From NCBI GenBank assembly GCA_964599915.1, contig CAZRHR010000001.1, positions 12,019 to 76,018 of the forward strand: DNA of 64,000 nt, read 5' to 3'. The notes beneath the pieces were generated by a model. That model had not been told where the DNA came from and did no database searches. It saw only the letters and a program-made list of their open reading frames with translations. The translations under genes were made by a program, and so were the position numbers. This document shows, one piece after another, positions 9,789 to 19,493 of the stretch. Source of the stretch: an uncultured Candidatus Competibacteraceae bacterium (GTDB lineage Bacteria > Bacteroidota > Bacteroidia > CAIKAF01). Within the stretch, counting starts at the first letter, position 1. Each line of letters opens with the position of its first letter.

Positions 9789-11057
9789 TCATGGCTTACC
9801 ATAAAGCAAGGCAATAAATTCCTTAAAGTTGGTGGTTTCATTAAAATAGGTTTGCTGGATGGCGCAAGAGGCCTGACACATCTCCATATAATCTTGCGTG
9901 GGCATTTGGACCAATTTAAGCAAGGCCCGCCCCAAACTTTCCTTATCCTGTATATCTATACAGAAGCCATTTTTCCCTTCAAAAATAATTTCAGGGATGC
10001 CGCAAACCTTAGGACCTATAATGGGAATACCCAAACTGGCCAGCTCCATCATGCTCACGGGGATACCTTCAAAATGACTGGTATTTACGAGTACTTTAGG
10101 TTTAATCGAACGAACGACCTGTAACACCTGATTTGGTGCCACGAACCCATGCAGGATTACTTTGATTTTCGGATTTTGGGATGATAACTCCCTCATTTGC
10201 TTTATGATGCCTTGGCTATATGGCTCTCCTTTCCCTGCGCCAATATGATGCCATTCAAGCTCACAGGCGTGCCAATGCAGCAGGGTTTGGATGATGGTTT
10301 CTAAGTTTTTCACAGGTGAAATACCCGAAAGACTGAGGAGCCTCAAGGGTGAGTCTTGAGATATGGGCAAGGGTGTCGTTAATGGAATCCCAAGACGGGA
10401 CACATGAATTTCTGCCCCTACATTACCATATTTGGAAGATAAATAGGCTTTCCCATGGTTGGATATGGGAACCACTACATCTATATGTTTAAAAATAAAT
10501 TTGCGGAAAGGGAGGTAATGATTAGGGTGTCTTATTTCATACAAATCTGTATTGTGGGTACGTACAACGGTTCTCTTTATAGTTTTTTCTTTTTTCAGTT
10601 TGGCTAAAGTAAGTGACGACTCTATGGCCCAATAACTATACCAAATCCCATGCTGGGCACCCCTTCCTTCGTGTTTTAAATAAGACTTTATTTGATTTTC
10701 CAGACCCAAGGCCCTAATTTGGTACATCATGGCCGTTTTTATCGCAAGCCAATTGAGGAGCAACCCACGTTCCTTCAGATCCGTAAATATAGTTCTTGCA
10801 CTTCGCCATAGGACTGTTAAGATGGTCATGGCTTTCATTTTCTGCGAAAGATGGGTACCCGCCAACACCATTTTCACATTGTGCTGGGGTATCTGAAACA
10901 GGGGTGGGTGGTCTGGGACACGACCCAACTGATTAAAGATAATGACCTCATCAAATTGCGTGGCTAAATACTGCAACTCCCGATGAAAAAAGGGTTCCCC
11001 GGAAGAGAATGGATAGTCAATGGTGAGGACGAAAAGAACATTTACATGTTTCGACAT
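9789..11057 (-). CDS. GT4-like glycosyltransferase (paralog of the N-terminal domain of 7780..9735)
   Basis: MSKHVNVLFVLTIDYPFSSGEPFFHRELQYLA... and FEGIPVSMMELASLGIPIIGPKVCGIPEII closely parallel the neighbouring fusion protein. Confidence 0.8.
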   Translation of the reverse strand: MSKHVNVLFVLTIDYPFSSGEPFFHRELQYLATQFDEVIIFNQLGRVPDHPPLFQIPQHNVKMVLAGTHLSQKMKAMTILTVLWRSARTIFTDLKERGLLLNWLAIKTAMMYQIRALGLENQIKSYLKHEGRGAQHGIWYSYWAIESSLTLAKLKKEKTIKRTVVRTHNTDLYEIRHPNHYLPFRKFIFKHIDVVVPISNHGKAYLSSKYGNVGAEIHVSRLGIPLTTPLPISQDSPLRLLSLSGISPVKNLETIIQTLLHWHACELEWHHIGAGKGEPYSQGIIKQMRELSSQNPKIKVILHGFVAPNQVLQVVRSIKPKVLVNTSHFEGIPVSMMELASLGIPIIGPKVCGIPEIIFEGKNGFCIDIQDKESLGRALLKLVQMPTQDYMEMCQASCAIQQTYFNETTNFKEFIALLYGKP

Positions 11058-11081
11058 TTAAAACAATTGATTAAGAGAGAT

Positions 11082-12005
11082 TTATTTTCCTCTTATTCCC
11101 AATTTTTTTACATAATGCCATGCATTAGAGAAACCGGGAATTAAACAAAACAGCAAAAACAACTTAGGTTTGCTTTGAGGGTGAAAAGGCTTTAAAAAAA
11201 TAGAGTACAAGAGGTTTTTGTAGGCCATATATTTATTTCCCTCGTAAAAATAATACTGACCAATGTCGAAATAGCAATCACTCAGTATGGTATTCTTGAA
11301 TGAATGAGAAAGCTTACCGGATAAAGGATCTTTGAAAAAAAGTCTTAAGCCATGTAATCTTTTTACTCCCGTGTTGTTTTTTTTATTTATTGAATTCCCT
11401 TCATGTACTCGGTACCACAGCAATGGCTTTGCAAGGTGTAAAAGAGGGAAATCGTTAAGTATACTAATCCATAAAATAGTATCCTCACCAATCGTAACAT
11501 TTTCTGGGAAACGATAGATTTTTAAAATATCCTTATGAACACAAGCACGACTTGGAGAAACAGGACAACGATACAACCACTCAGCAATATTTTCAGAAAC
11601 TTCGGGCACATTTTCGACCAAAGCGGTTTTTCCATCCCAGATACAAAAATTAGATATTACAAGTGCCCTTGGGAAATTTTTTAAATAAAGAAAAAGGTGC
11701 AATTCAATTAGATAATTGGCGGCATAGCGGTCATCACTGTCCAGAAAACAAATGTATTGCCCCAAGGCATGGTCAATTCCGTTGTTTCTTGCGGCACTGC
11801 GTTCGGCGTTTTGCTGATACACATAGCGAATGCGCGGGTCATCGACACAACGTTTTTTCATGACGATGGCCGTATGATCGGTGGAGCCATCATCCACCAC
11901 GATACACTCCCAATCCGTAAAGGACTGTCCACACAGCGAATCCAGCGTTTCGGTAAGAAAATCCGCACGGTTGTAAGCGGGAACGATGATGGAGAAGAAG
12001 GGCAT
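11082..12005 (-). CDS. GT2 glycosyltransferase
   Basis: FSIIVPAYNRADFLTETLDSLCGQSFTDWECIVVDDGSTDHT and DSDD motifs. Paralog of 22509..23450. Confidence 0.85.
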   Translation of the reverse strand: MPFFSIIVPAYNRADFLTETLDSLCGQSFTDWECIVVDDGSTDHTAIVMKKRCVDDPRIRYVYQQNAERSAARNNGIDHALGQYICFLDSDDRYAANYLIELHLFLYLKNFPRALVISNFCIWDGKTALVENVPEVSENIAEWLYRCPVSPSRACVHKDILKIYRFPENVTIGEDTILWISILNDFPLLHLAKPLLWYRVHEGNSINKKNNTGVKRLHGLRLFFKDPLSGKLSHSFKNTILSDCYFDIGQYYFYEGNKYMAYKNLLYSIFLKPFHPQSKPKLFLLFCLIPGFSNAWHYVKKLGIRGK

Positions 12006-12057
12006 TTATGTTTTGGTTTTCCTTGTTGGCTATATTTTAATTCATGGCATTTTCAGG

Positions 12058-13396
12058 TCACACCTGTCCAAAATAATTTTTTTTGACATGAAATTGTTGT
12101 CCCTAAGTTAGGGGTGCAAAAAACAAAATATGTCCCACTCAAATGTATCACTTTTATCGCAAGTTTGTGCGCTGATAGACCGGAATGGATTTCAAAAGCT
12201 GGTTCACGAGCATCAATCTGACAAGCATTCCAAGGGGTTAGATACATGGACACATTTGATGTCTATGATTTTCTTACAACTCTCCAACGTTACCTCTTTG
12301 CGAGATATCAGCAATGGTCTTCGGAGTTCTACTGGCAATTTAAACCACCTAGGGATCCAAAGAGCGCCTTGTAAATCGGCCTTAAGCTACCAGAATCAGC
12401 ACCGTGATTACCGGGTTTTTGAGACGATGTACTACCAGATTTTAGAACGGCTTGGCGGGAGTTTTTCCCAACAAAGGCTGTATGCCAAAAGATTGAAACG
12501 TAAAATCTTTCTTGTGGATGCTACCGTCATTCCCTTTCTCTTGCGTTATTCGACTGGGCTAAGTTCCGAACCACCAAAGGCGCCTTTAAGTTTCATGCAG
12601 TGCTGGATTACGACAATGGTCTGCCCAACTATTGCTATCTCTCAGAGGGAAAGATGTCGGATATCACAGCGGCCAAAAAACGCATGTCTTTTCCCGCAGG
12701 CTCCGTTGTGGTGGCCGATCGGGGTTACATGAATTTTGAATGGTTGAAGCATTTGGACAGCAGCGGGTCAAATTCGTCGTTCGCATCAAATGCAATGTGA
12801 AAATCTAGGTGGAAACCAGCTATGAAACTAACGCCAAGTATCCGCACATCCTATCGGACCAAGACATAAGACTGGTGGGCATTACAGGATTAAAAGACTA
12901 TCCCAAAACACTACGCTTGGTTCGGGTGTATGATGAGCAAAGCGACCAATACCTGATATTAGCCACCAACGAAATGTCTTGGACAGCAGACGCCATTTCA
13001 CAATTATATAAGGCTAGATGGGCCATTGAAAGCTTTTTTAAGCACTTAAAGCAGCTTTTCCGTGTCAAAACATTTGTAGGAACCTCGGCTAACGCAGTAC
13101 GCATACAAATGTGGTGTGCCATGATCGCCATGCTCCTTATCAGTTATTTGAAAAACAAGGCAAAGTACCCCTGGCATCTATCCAATTTGGTTTGCTTTAT
13201 ACGTATCAATTTATTTGCAAAAATAGACTTGTGGTTTTGGCTTAATACCCCATTTTACAAGCCTCAAAAAATCATTCGACCGCCCACTTTATTTTGATGC
13301 AGGGGGATTGGTTTTGCAAAATGGGTTTTTTATGGCCGTAAACACCTAACAATCAAATGACATTTTGGGCGATGAAAAACGTTTTGGACAGCTGTG
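12058..13396 (+). mobile_element. IS4/IS5-superfamily insertion sequence (~1.34 kb) with imperfect terminal inverted repeats CACACCTGTCCAAAAT ... TTTTGGACAGCTGTG
   Basis: The left end at 12058-12073 and the right end at 13382-13396 are inverted repeats of each other. The interior encodes a DDE transposase. The same ends recur around the second copy at 32277..32926. Confidence 0.75.
12130..13297 (+). pseudogene. IS4-family DDE transposase split across three reading frames (two frameshifts)
   Basis: Pieces 12130..12732, 12600..12800 and 12809..13297 lie in frames 1, 0 and 2. They carry VVVADRGY (DDE Asp region) and YKARWAIESFFKHLKQ (the conserved E), so the reading frame is not continuous. Confidence 0.7.
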
Positions 13397-13529
13397 ATGA
13401 AAAATACAGCCGCATGACCCAAAAAAGCAAATAAAAACAGCTAAGTTGCTTATAGTCAATTGTGGTATTTTATGGCGACGACGTCGCGCACAAAACAGGA
13501 AAATTGCTAAGAACCTTAAAAAAACGAAT

Positions 13530-14309
13530 TTACTTACCAAATAGCTTTTTAATAATTTCTTTATTCTTCCAAAACGGAGAGTTCTTAATTTCCTCTAATT
13601 CTTGGACTTTATAAGAGTTTTGAAATAAAACAGATTTGACCCTTTCATAAGATTTATTAAGATAAGTGTTGTTAAACTCTAAACTATAAAATTCTTTGGG
13701 CGAATCATTTCCCAAAAATAAAACACCGAGTCCATAAGAATGATTAAACGAGAATACATTTTTATGATCTTCTGCAATTTCTGTCCATAATTGTTTAACG
13801 CCAAAATTTTCACGTACAACCGTGATGTCATGGAACAAAATTATCCCATTTTTCTTCATTTTTGGAAGCCACTTAGTGTAGTCATTCTTAACTGCCTCAT
13901 AGGTATGAAGCCCATCAATATGAAGTATATCAATTGAATTATTCTCAAATTGAGAAATTTGATCATCAAAATATCCCCTAATTAAGCTGATGTTTACATT
14001 TGCATAATAATTCCGAGCAATTTCCTTAACAAAATCATACATTTTATCACCTTCATATTTACCAGTATTAAGATCCCCTTCCCAGGAGTCAATACCAACA
14101 ATTTTGCAAATAACATCATTTTTATCCTTCAATGCTTGAGCAAATGTAAACAAGGATGTCCCTTTAAAGGTTCCTAACTCAACAACTAATTTGGGATCAG
14201 AGTTCCTTATCAAGTCATATCCAAAAATTTTATGTCCAGACCATGGCAGATGATCGTCAGAAAAGACGGCTTCATAATCAAAAACTGGGTTATAATAGCT
14301 CCAAATCAT
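13530..14309 (-). CDS. Class I SAM-dependent methyltransferase (Methyltransf_24/CmcI-like sugar O-methyltransferase candidate)
   Basis: LVVELGTFKGTSLFTFAQAL...IVGIDSW...ILHIDGLHTYEAV...IILFHDI matches the ELGxxxGxS and HxDxxH pattern of this family. Confidence 0.6.
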   Translation of the reverse strand: MIWSYYNPVFDYEAVFSDDHLPWSGHKIFGYDLIRNSDPKLVVELGTFKGTSLFTFAQALKDKNDVICKIVGIDSWEGDLNTGKYEGDKMYDFVKEIARNYYANVNISLIRGYFDDQISQFENNSIDILHIDGLHTYEAVKNDYTKWLPKMKKNGIILFHDITVVRENFGVKQLWTEIAEDHKNVFSFNHSYGLGVLFLGNDSPKEFYSLEFNNTYLNKSYERVKSVLFQNSYKVQELEEIKNSPFWKNKEIIKKLFGK

Positions 14310-14312
14310 ATA

Positions 14313-15215
14313 TTAATTTTTTGGGTTTCGAATTTTCCAAAAATAATCTCTATAAAAAGAGAAAGGCCTTATAGGTTTGTTAAGGATCATTTTAATCATG
14401 TAGAAAAGAAAAAAAAAGTGAATTCTCTTCTCTGCATAAGCAATTGATAGATATTCATAAGCTACGTAATTTTTGTTAAAGTAATTTTTCAGATCATTGG
14501 GGACTCTTTTTTTTAATTCGTTATTTATTATAATCCAATCTTTATATCGCTGTGGAGAAGAAAATTGAGCAGAGTGTGTAGTAGAAGATTCATGTTGACG
14601 CCACGCCAGAGTTTGTATTGGGATGAATCCAATATCTCCATTCAAAGCACGTAGATAATGAAGTATGGTATCCCACTGCCTTACTTTAAAGAAAAAATCT
14701 GGATAAATTCTAGGTTCAGCACTTTTCCGAAACATAATTGAATTGTTCAGTGGGTTAAAGAAATTCTCTACAAAGAAGTTTAGATTAAAAATCAGTGGGA
14801 CATCTAATTCGACATTCTTAATGATTTCCCCATCTTTATCAACTAAACAGCCATTAGTGAAGCACCATGCTACGTTTTCGTTATGCTCTAAAAACTCTAC
14901 TTGCCTTTTGCATTTTTCCTTATCTATCCAGAAGTCATCGGCTTCTAATAATGCTATGAAAACACCACGAGATTTTTTTATTAAAAATTCATAATTATTG
15001 TGTAGTCCAATATTATTAGTGTGTTTATAATATTTAATATTTTGTGGAAACCTTTTTATCCAACCTTCAACAATTATCTCGGTATTATCCGATGAATCAT
15101 CATCACCTATGAGTAGCTCCCAGGTCTCCGGTAAATCTTGTGAAACTACCGATTGGATGGCCTCAGAAATATATAGGCCCTGATTGAATGCCATCATTAT
15201 AATGGAAAGTTTCAT
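14313..15215 (-). CDS. GT2 glycosyltransferase
   Basis: LSIIMMAFNQGLYISEAIQSVVSQDLPETWELLIGDDDSSDNT and EADDF (DxD) motifs. Confidence 0.8.
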   Translation of the reverse strand: MKLSIIMMAFNQGLYISEAIQSVVSQDLPETWELLIGDDDSSDNTEIIVEGWIKRFPQNIKYYKHTNNIGLHNNYEFLIKKSRGVFIALLEADDFWIDKEKCKRQVEFLEHNENVAWCFTNGCLVDKDGEIIKNVELDVPLIFNLNFFVENFFNPLNNSIMFRKSAEPRIYPDFFFKVRQWDTILHYLRALNGDIGFIPIQTLAWRQHESSTTHSAQFSSPQRYKDWIIINNELKKRVPNDLKNYFNKNYVAYEYLSIAYAEKRIHFFFLFYMIKMILNKPIRPFSFYRDYFWKIRNPKN

Positions 15216-15339
15216 TTAAACTTTGAGGTAAGGGGTTTATAGAAAACTAAAAATAAGTATTAAACCTTCGTATTTCCAAAATTATCGGACACTGATAAAA
15301 AACACAGCCAAAATACAACAATAAAGTCGAAAAATTAAT

Positions 15340-16950
15340 TTAATATACCCTTTTATAAAGTGCTATATCAGAGGAATCGTTGACCGATCCGAAATTAGCT
15401 GCAAGAGTCCATTTTGTGCTATCATTAATGACCGATTTCCTGAACATAGAAATTACAAAACTAGAAATTTCATTGTGAGTATTCTTGTTGGGAGAAGGCA
15501 AAGAGATATACTTGACACATTGAATATCGATTTGCTGGCTGTAGTAATTAAAGATTTTTTCTGGATCGAGGGATCTATCAATATCATAAAAATTCCAATC
15601 AGTAAAATAAAACATAAGATCATTATTTGCCATATATCCCTTTTTACGGTAAAGGTAAACATCAATTGGTATTTCAAGCATTGCACTGTGAAGTAGGAAA
15701 AATCTGTCACTTGGAATCATTTTCTCAAGCAAATAATCAGCCAATTTCAAATTTGTTTTGCGATAAACATTGGAAGAAGGTTCTACTCGAACTAAGTAAA
15801 AGAAGTTGCAAAAGATGAATGCAGCCAGCGAAAATGAGAGTATTTGAGATGCACATGGAAGTTCCCAAAACAATTTTTTCAAAAAATAGGAGAAAAATAC
15901 AAGAAAAGCAAATAGATAAAAGATTGAATATACATGAGGCTGATTGGTGGCTTTGAGTACTAAAAACAAAAAAATAAATAATACAGTGAAAGGATACATT
16001 AACCATAACAAAGAAAAATCATTGTCACGAAACTTGTCATTAGCCCTAAAAGTCGCAATAGTCAAACCAATCAAAAAAAGTAAGATAACAAAAGGTAGGC
16101 CTAATTGCTTAGTAAAACTTTTAAAGAGGGAATAAAAAGATGTAAAATAATCAACATATTGATAATCTGCTGGCTTAGCATAATAATCCAGGAAGAATTG
16201 AAAATGTAAAATACCATATACGCTCCAAACCATTATAAAGAAAGAGGCATAAGTTAAGAAATAAAAAACCTTGATTTTCGAGTAATTACCATTTAAAAAT
16301 TTGAACATAGGGATTAATAAAGGAAAAAAAATTAGTGCTGTATAAACAAAAAAATTATATCGAGAAAAAACGGCAAGCGATATTAGTAAAGGTATTAGGT
16401 ATAAATAATTAAATCCAATGTTTCGGTAAATTATCAACCATAAAAACAAATAAGCAGAAAACAAGCTTAAACCAGAACTTAAATCTGGAACATAGCTAGA
16501 AAGACCCAGTAAGGCATTATAAAATAATGGAATTTGAGAAACGAGTACCAATAAGAGCCAAACGCCTGCTGGCCTTAAATACAATGAAAACCATTTAAAT
16601 AATGCAAAGTTAAAGAAAAATAAAGCGATGAAAGAACGCACAATAATATTAAATCCAGAATTCAACCAAAAAGGATTCACGAGGCACGTCAGAGCAGTAA
16701 AACCACCACTGACAGGATTGCCTACCAATTCATAATAGGCTTGATTACATCGTTCAATAAAAGAGTAGTTTTGTTTAAAAGATAAGAATCTTAAAATCTG
16801 CTTTTTTTCATACATTACCCCATCAAACTCTGGCAAATTCGTTTCCAAATAACTTGCGGAAATAATCGATGAAATCCAAACAACACAAAAGCTCAAGCAA
16901 AAAAGCAGAACTAAATGAAAAAATGGTTTAGGGCGCAATTTCATATTCAC
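15340..16950 (-). CDS. Polytopic integral membrane protein (candidate GT-C transferase or O-antigen polymerase/ligase-like)
   Basis: 536 aa, at least 10 hydrophobic segments, AT-rich codon usage. It follows the aminotransferase, formyltransferase and GtrB-like genes. Confidence 0.45.
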   Translation of the reverse strand: MNMKLRPKPFFHLVLLFCLSFCVVWISSIISASYLETNLPEFDGVMYEKKQILRFLSFKQNYSFIERCNQAYYELVGNPVSGGFTALTCLVNPFWLNSGFNIIVRSFIALFFFNFALFKWFSLYLRPAGVWLLLVLVSQIPLFYNALLGLSSYVPDLSSGLSLFSAYLFLWLIIYRNIGFNYLYLIPLLISLAVFSRYNFFVYTALIFFPLLIPMFKFLNGNYSKIKVFYFLTYASFFIMVWSVYGILHFQFFLDYYAKPADYQYVDYFTSFYSLFKSFTKQLGLPFVILLFLIGLTIATFRANDKFRDNDFSLLWLMYPFTVLFIFLFLVLKATNQPHVYSIFYLFAFLVFFSYFLKKLFWELPCASQILSFSLAAFIFCNFFYLVRVEPSSNVYRKTNLKLADYLLEKMIPSDRFFLLHSAMLEIPIDVYLYRKKGYMANNDLMFYFTDWNFYDIDRSLDPEKIFNYYSQQIDIQCVKYISLPSPNKNTHNEISSFVISMFRKSVINDSTKWTLAANFGSVNDSSDIALYKRVY

Positions 16951-16989
16951 AAGTCTAAGATTTCTTTAATCAGAAATTCAGCTTCAGAC

Positions 16990-17395
16990 ACTGTTTCACC
17001 ATTATATTAGGCTATATGGGCTATTGAAAGCTTTTTTAAACACTTAAAGCAGTTTTTCCGTGTCAAAACATGTGTGGGAATCATGGCTAATTCAGTACGC
17101 ATAAAAATGTGGTGTGCCATGATTTCCATGCTCCTTATCAGTTATTAAAAAAAACAAGGCAAAGCACCCCTGGCATGTATTTAATTTGGTTTGTTTTATA
17201 CGCATCAATTTATTTGCAAAAATTGACTTGTGGTTTGGGCTTAATGCTCCATTTTACAGGCCTCAAAAAATCATTCGACCGCCCACTTTATTTTGATGCA
17301 GAGGGGTTGGTTTTGCAAGATGGGTTATTACAGCTGTAAACGCCTAACAATCAAATGCTATTTTGCGCGATGAAAAACGTTTTGAACAGCCGTGT
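16990..17395 (+). repeat. Solo 3' fragment (~400 bp) of the IS4-like element, with no left end
   Basis: Aligns base-for-base, about 90% identity, with 13005..13396 of copy 1. This includes the transposase C-terminal coding remnant and the right inverted repeat. Confidence 0.7.
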
Positions 17396-17475
17396 TGCAA
17401 AATAGAATTTCTTGAGCGTAAACGCTAAAAATCAGATGCTATTTTTGGAGTTGAAAAACGTTTTTGACAGGTTTT
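17336..17475 (+). repeat. Tandem duplication of the ~60-bp IS right terminus
   Basis: GTAAACGCCTAACAATCAAATGCTATTTTGCGCGATGAAAAACGTTTTGAACAGCCGTG recurs 22 bp later as CGTAAACGCTAAAAATCAGATGCTATTTTTGGAGTTGAAAAACGTTTTTGACAGG. Confidence 0.6.
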
Positions 17476-17480
17476 ATTTT

Positions 17481-18629
17481 TTAACCTCTTTCACAACATT
17501 CAAAAATTTTATTGGTAACATGACTAATATCCGCCTGACTCAAATCATAATACATTGGCAGGCGTATCAAGGAATTGGAATAAAAATCTGTCATTGGCAA
17601 TCTCCTCCCATCGTGTTTTCCTTCATAAAAGGTACTCGTGTGTAAACTGATATAATGAAAAACGGCAAGTATATTATTTGATTTCAAATTATTAATAAGT
17701 TGAGTCCGCTGTTCTAAATCTTTACAAACTAAATAAAACATGTGGAAATTATTAGAAGCAAAATCAGGAATACATGGTAATCCAATGTTATTATTTTCAG
17801 CCCATGATTTCAGGCCCTGATAATAGGTAGTCCAAATTTCTTTTCGGCGGATTTGAATATCTTCTAAGTTCTCTAATTGCGCCCACAAAAAGGCTGCAAT
17901 TATTTCTGAGGGCAAGAAAGAACTTCCAACATCCACCCAACCGTATTTATCAACTTCTCCTCTAAAAAAAGAGGACCGGTTTGTTCCTTTTTCCCAAATA
18001 ATCTCAGCTCGTTTTGCAAACTGCATATCGTTGATCGCTAGCAAACCTCCTTCACCAGAAATGATGTTTTTGGTTTCATGAAACGAGAAAGCAGCCAAAT
18101 GACCAATACTCCCTAAAGCACATTTTACCCCATTCCTACCTGTATAATAACTATCTATGGCTTGCGCAGCATCCTCTATTACAAAAAGACCATGCTTTTT
18201 GGCTATGTCCATGATGATATCCATATCACAAGCCACACCAGCATAATGAACAGGTATGATAGCTTTTGTTTTAGGGGTTATTAACGCTTCAATGGACGCC
18301 TCATCAATACCTGGATGGTCTTTTCTGCTATCAACAAATACCAATTTCGCCCCTCTTAACACAAAGGCATTGGCGGTACTTACAAAGGTATAAGACGGCA
18401 TTATTACCTCATCACCGGGTTGAATATCTATCAAAATGGCAGCCATTTCTAAGGCATCCGTACAAGAAGTGGTCAGCAAACATTTGCCAAAACCGTAGGT
18501 TTTTTCAAACCATTTTTGGCATTTTTGAGTGTATATACCATTTCCCGATAGTTTGCCCGTATGTACTGCGTCGTAAATGTAATGCGCTTCCTTACCCGTG
18601 AGGTGAGGTTTGTTGAAAGGAATATTCAT
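17481..18629 (-). CDS. DegT/DnrJ/EryC1/StrS-family PLP-dependent sugar aminotransferase (ArnB/WecE-like)
   Basis: MNIPFNKPHLTGKEAHYIYDAV...GKCLLTTSCTDALEMA...AIIPVHYAG is diagnostic for this family. Its ATG overlaps the TAA of the upstream formyltransferase gene (TAATG). Confidence 0.9.
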   Translation of the reverse strand: MNIPFNKPHLTGKEAHYIYDAVHTGKLSGNGIYTQKCQKWFEKTYGFGKCLLTTSCTDALEMAAILIDIQPGDEVIMPSYTFVSTANAFVLRGAKLVFVDSRKDHPGIDEASIEALITPKTKAIIPVHYAGVACDMDIIMDIAKKHGLFVIEDAAQAIDSYYTGRNGVKCALGSIGHLAAFSFHETKNIISGEGGLLAINDMQFAKRAEIIWEKGTNRSSFFRGEVDKYGWVDVGSSFLPSEIIAAFLWAQLENLEDIQIRRKEIWTTYYQGLKSWAENNNIGLPCIPDFASNNFHMFYLVCKDLEQRTQLINNLKSNNILAVFHYISLHTSTFYEGKHDGRRLPMTDFYSNSLIRLPMYYDLSQADISHVTNKIFECCERG

Positions 18630-19492
18630 TATGTGAATCTTAATCTAAAATTAACTAACTCCATTTTTTGACCATTTTCATCAAAAAAATCTTTTACACC
18701 TAGCAACCCACTACCACATACAATAATGAAAGTATCATTTTTTTTAAATAACACCTTACCTGGCTTTCTATTTTCGATAAAAACATCTTCTAAGAGAATT
18801 GAATCCTTGACATACAATTTAATATTATTCCAAGTCGTATAAGCACCTTTATATGGATAACCCACTGCGTCAATAAATCTTTTAATATATTCCGCTGAAT
18901 TATTCCAATCGATTACATAATCAGCCTCATCTCTCCAAAGACTATAAGTTGCCAATAATTCATCCTGAGGTTCCGAATGTATAATACCTGCCTTTAATTT
19001 ATAAATTAAATCATTTATAGCCTCTCCATAAAGAAAACTAACTTGTTCAATTGCAACCTTTATTTTTATAGGATAATTAATTTTAATTTTTTTTTGAATG
19101 ATTATCTCTCCTATATCGTAATCCTCTGTGCCAAATAGAATTGAAACCCCAACCTCATTATCACCATTTATAAGTGCAGTTACTAGAGGATTAAAACCTC
19201 TTAATCGAGGTAATAGAGAATCGTGAAAAACAATCAATTTAGAGTTATCTTTTATTAACCACCTCCACCCTATTGCTATGCTATAATCAGCAATACTTTT
19301 TACAATTGTTTTGTTTTGAAGTAAATAGGTAATATTATTGGTCTCACAATATTTTTTAATATCAGTAGAATAATCATTTAAGACATTCTTATCGCTGCCA
19401 ATTATAACACAATCAATAAGTGATAAAAATTTCAAATTTATTGATTTTAAGGCAAAATAACCTTTTCCCCCTAATAGGTATAGATTTATCAT
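18629..19492 (-). CDS. Formyltransferase-fold protein (sugar N-formyltransferase candidate, ArnA-N/VioF/Fmt-like)
   Basis: HDSLLPRLRGFNPL matches the HxSLLPxxRG catalytic motif of N10-formyl-THF-dependent formyltransferases. Translationally coupled to the aminotransferase. Confidence 0.65.
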   Translation of the reverse strand: MINLYLLGGKGYFALKSINLKFLSLIDCVIIGSDKNVLNDYSTDIKKYCETNNITYLLQNKTIVKSIADYSIAIGWRWLIKDNSKLIVFHDSLLPRLRGFNPLVTALINGDNEVGVSILFGTEDYDIGEIIIQKKIKINYPIKIKVAIEQVSFLYGEAINDLIYKLKAGIIHSEPQDELLATYSLWRDEADYVIDWNNSAEYIKRFIDAVGYPYKGAYTTWNNIKLYVKDSILLEDVFIENRKPGKVLFKKNDTFIIVCGSGLLGVKDFFDENGQKMELVNFRLRFT

Positions 19493-19493
19493 A

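Noticed and set aside
13346-13540. 64-aa minus-strand ORF at the IS right end
   Set aside because: It overlaps the IS terminal repeat region, and its Arg/Cys-rich composition is not convincing.
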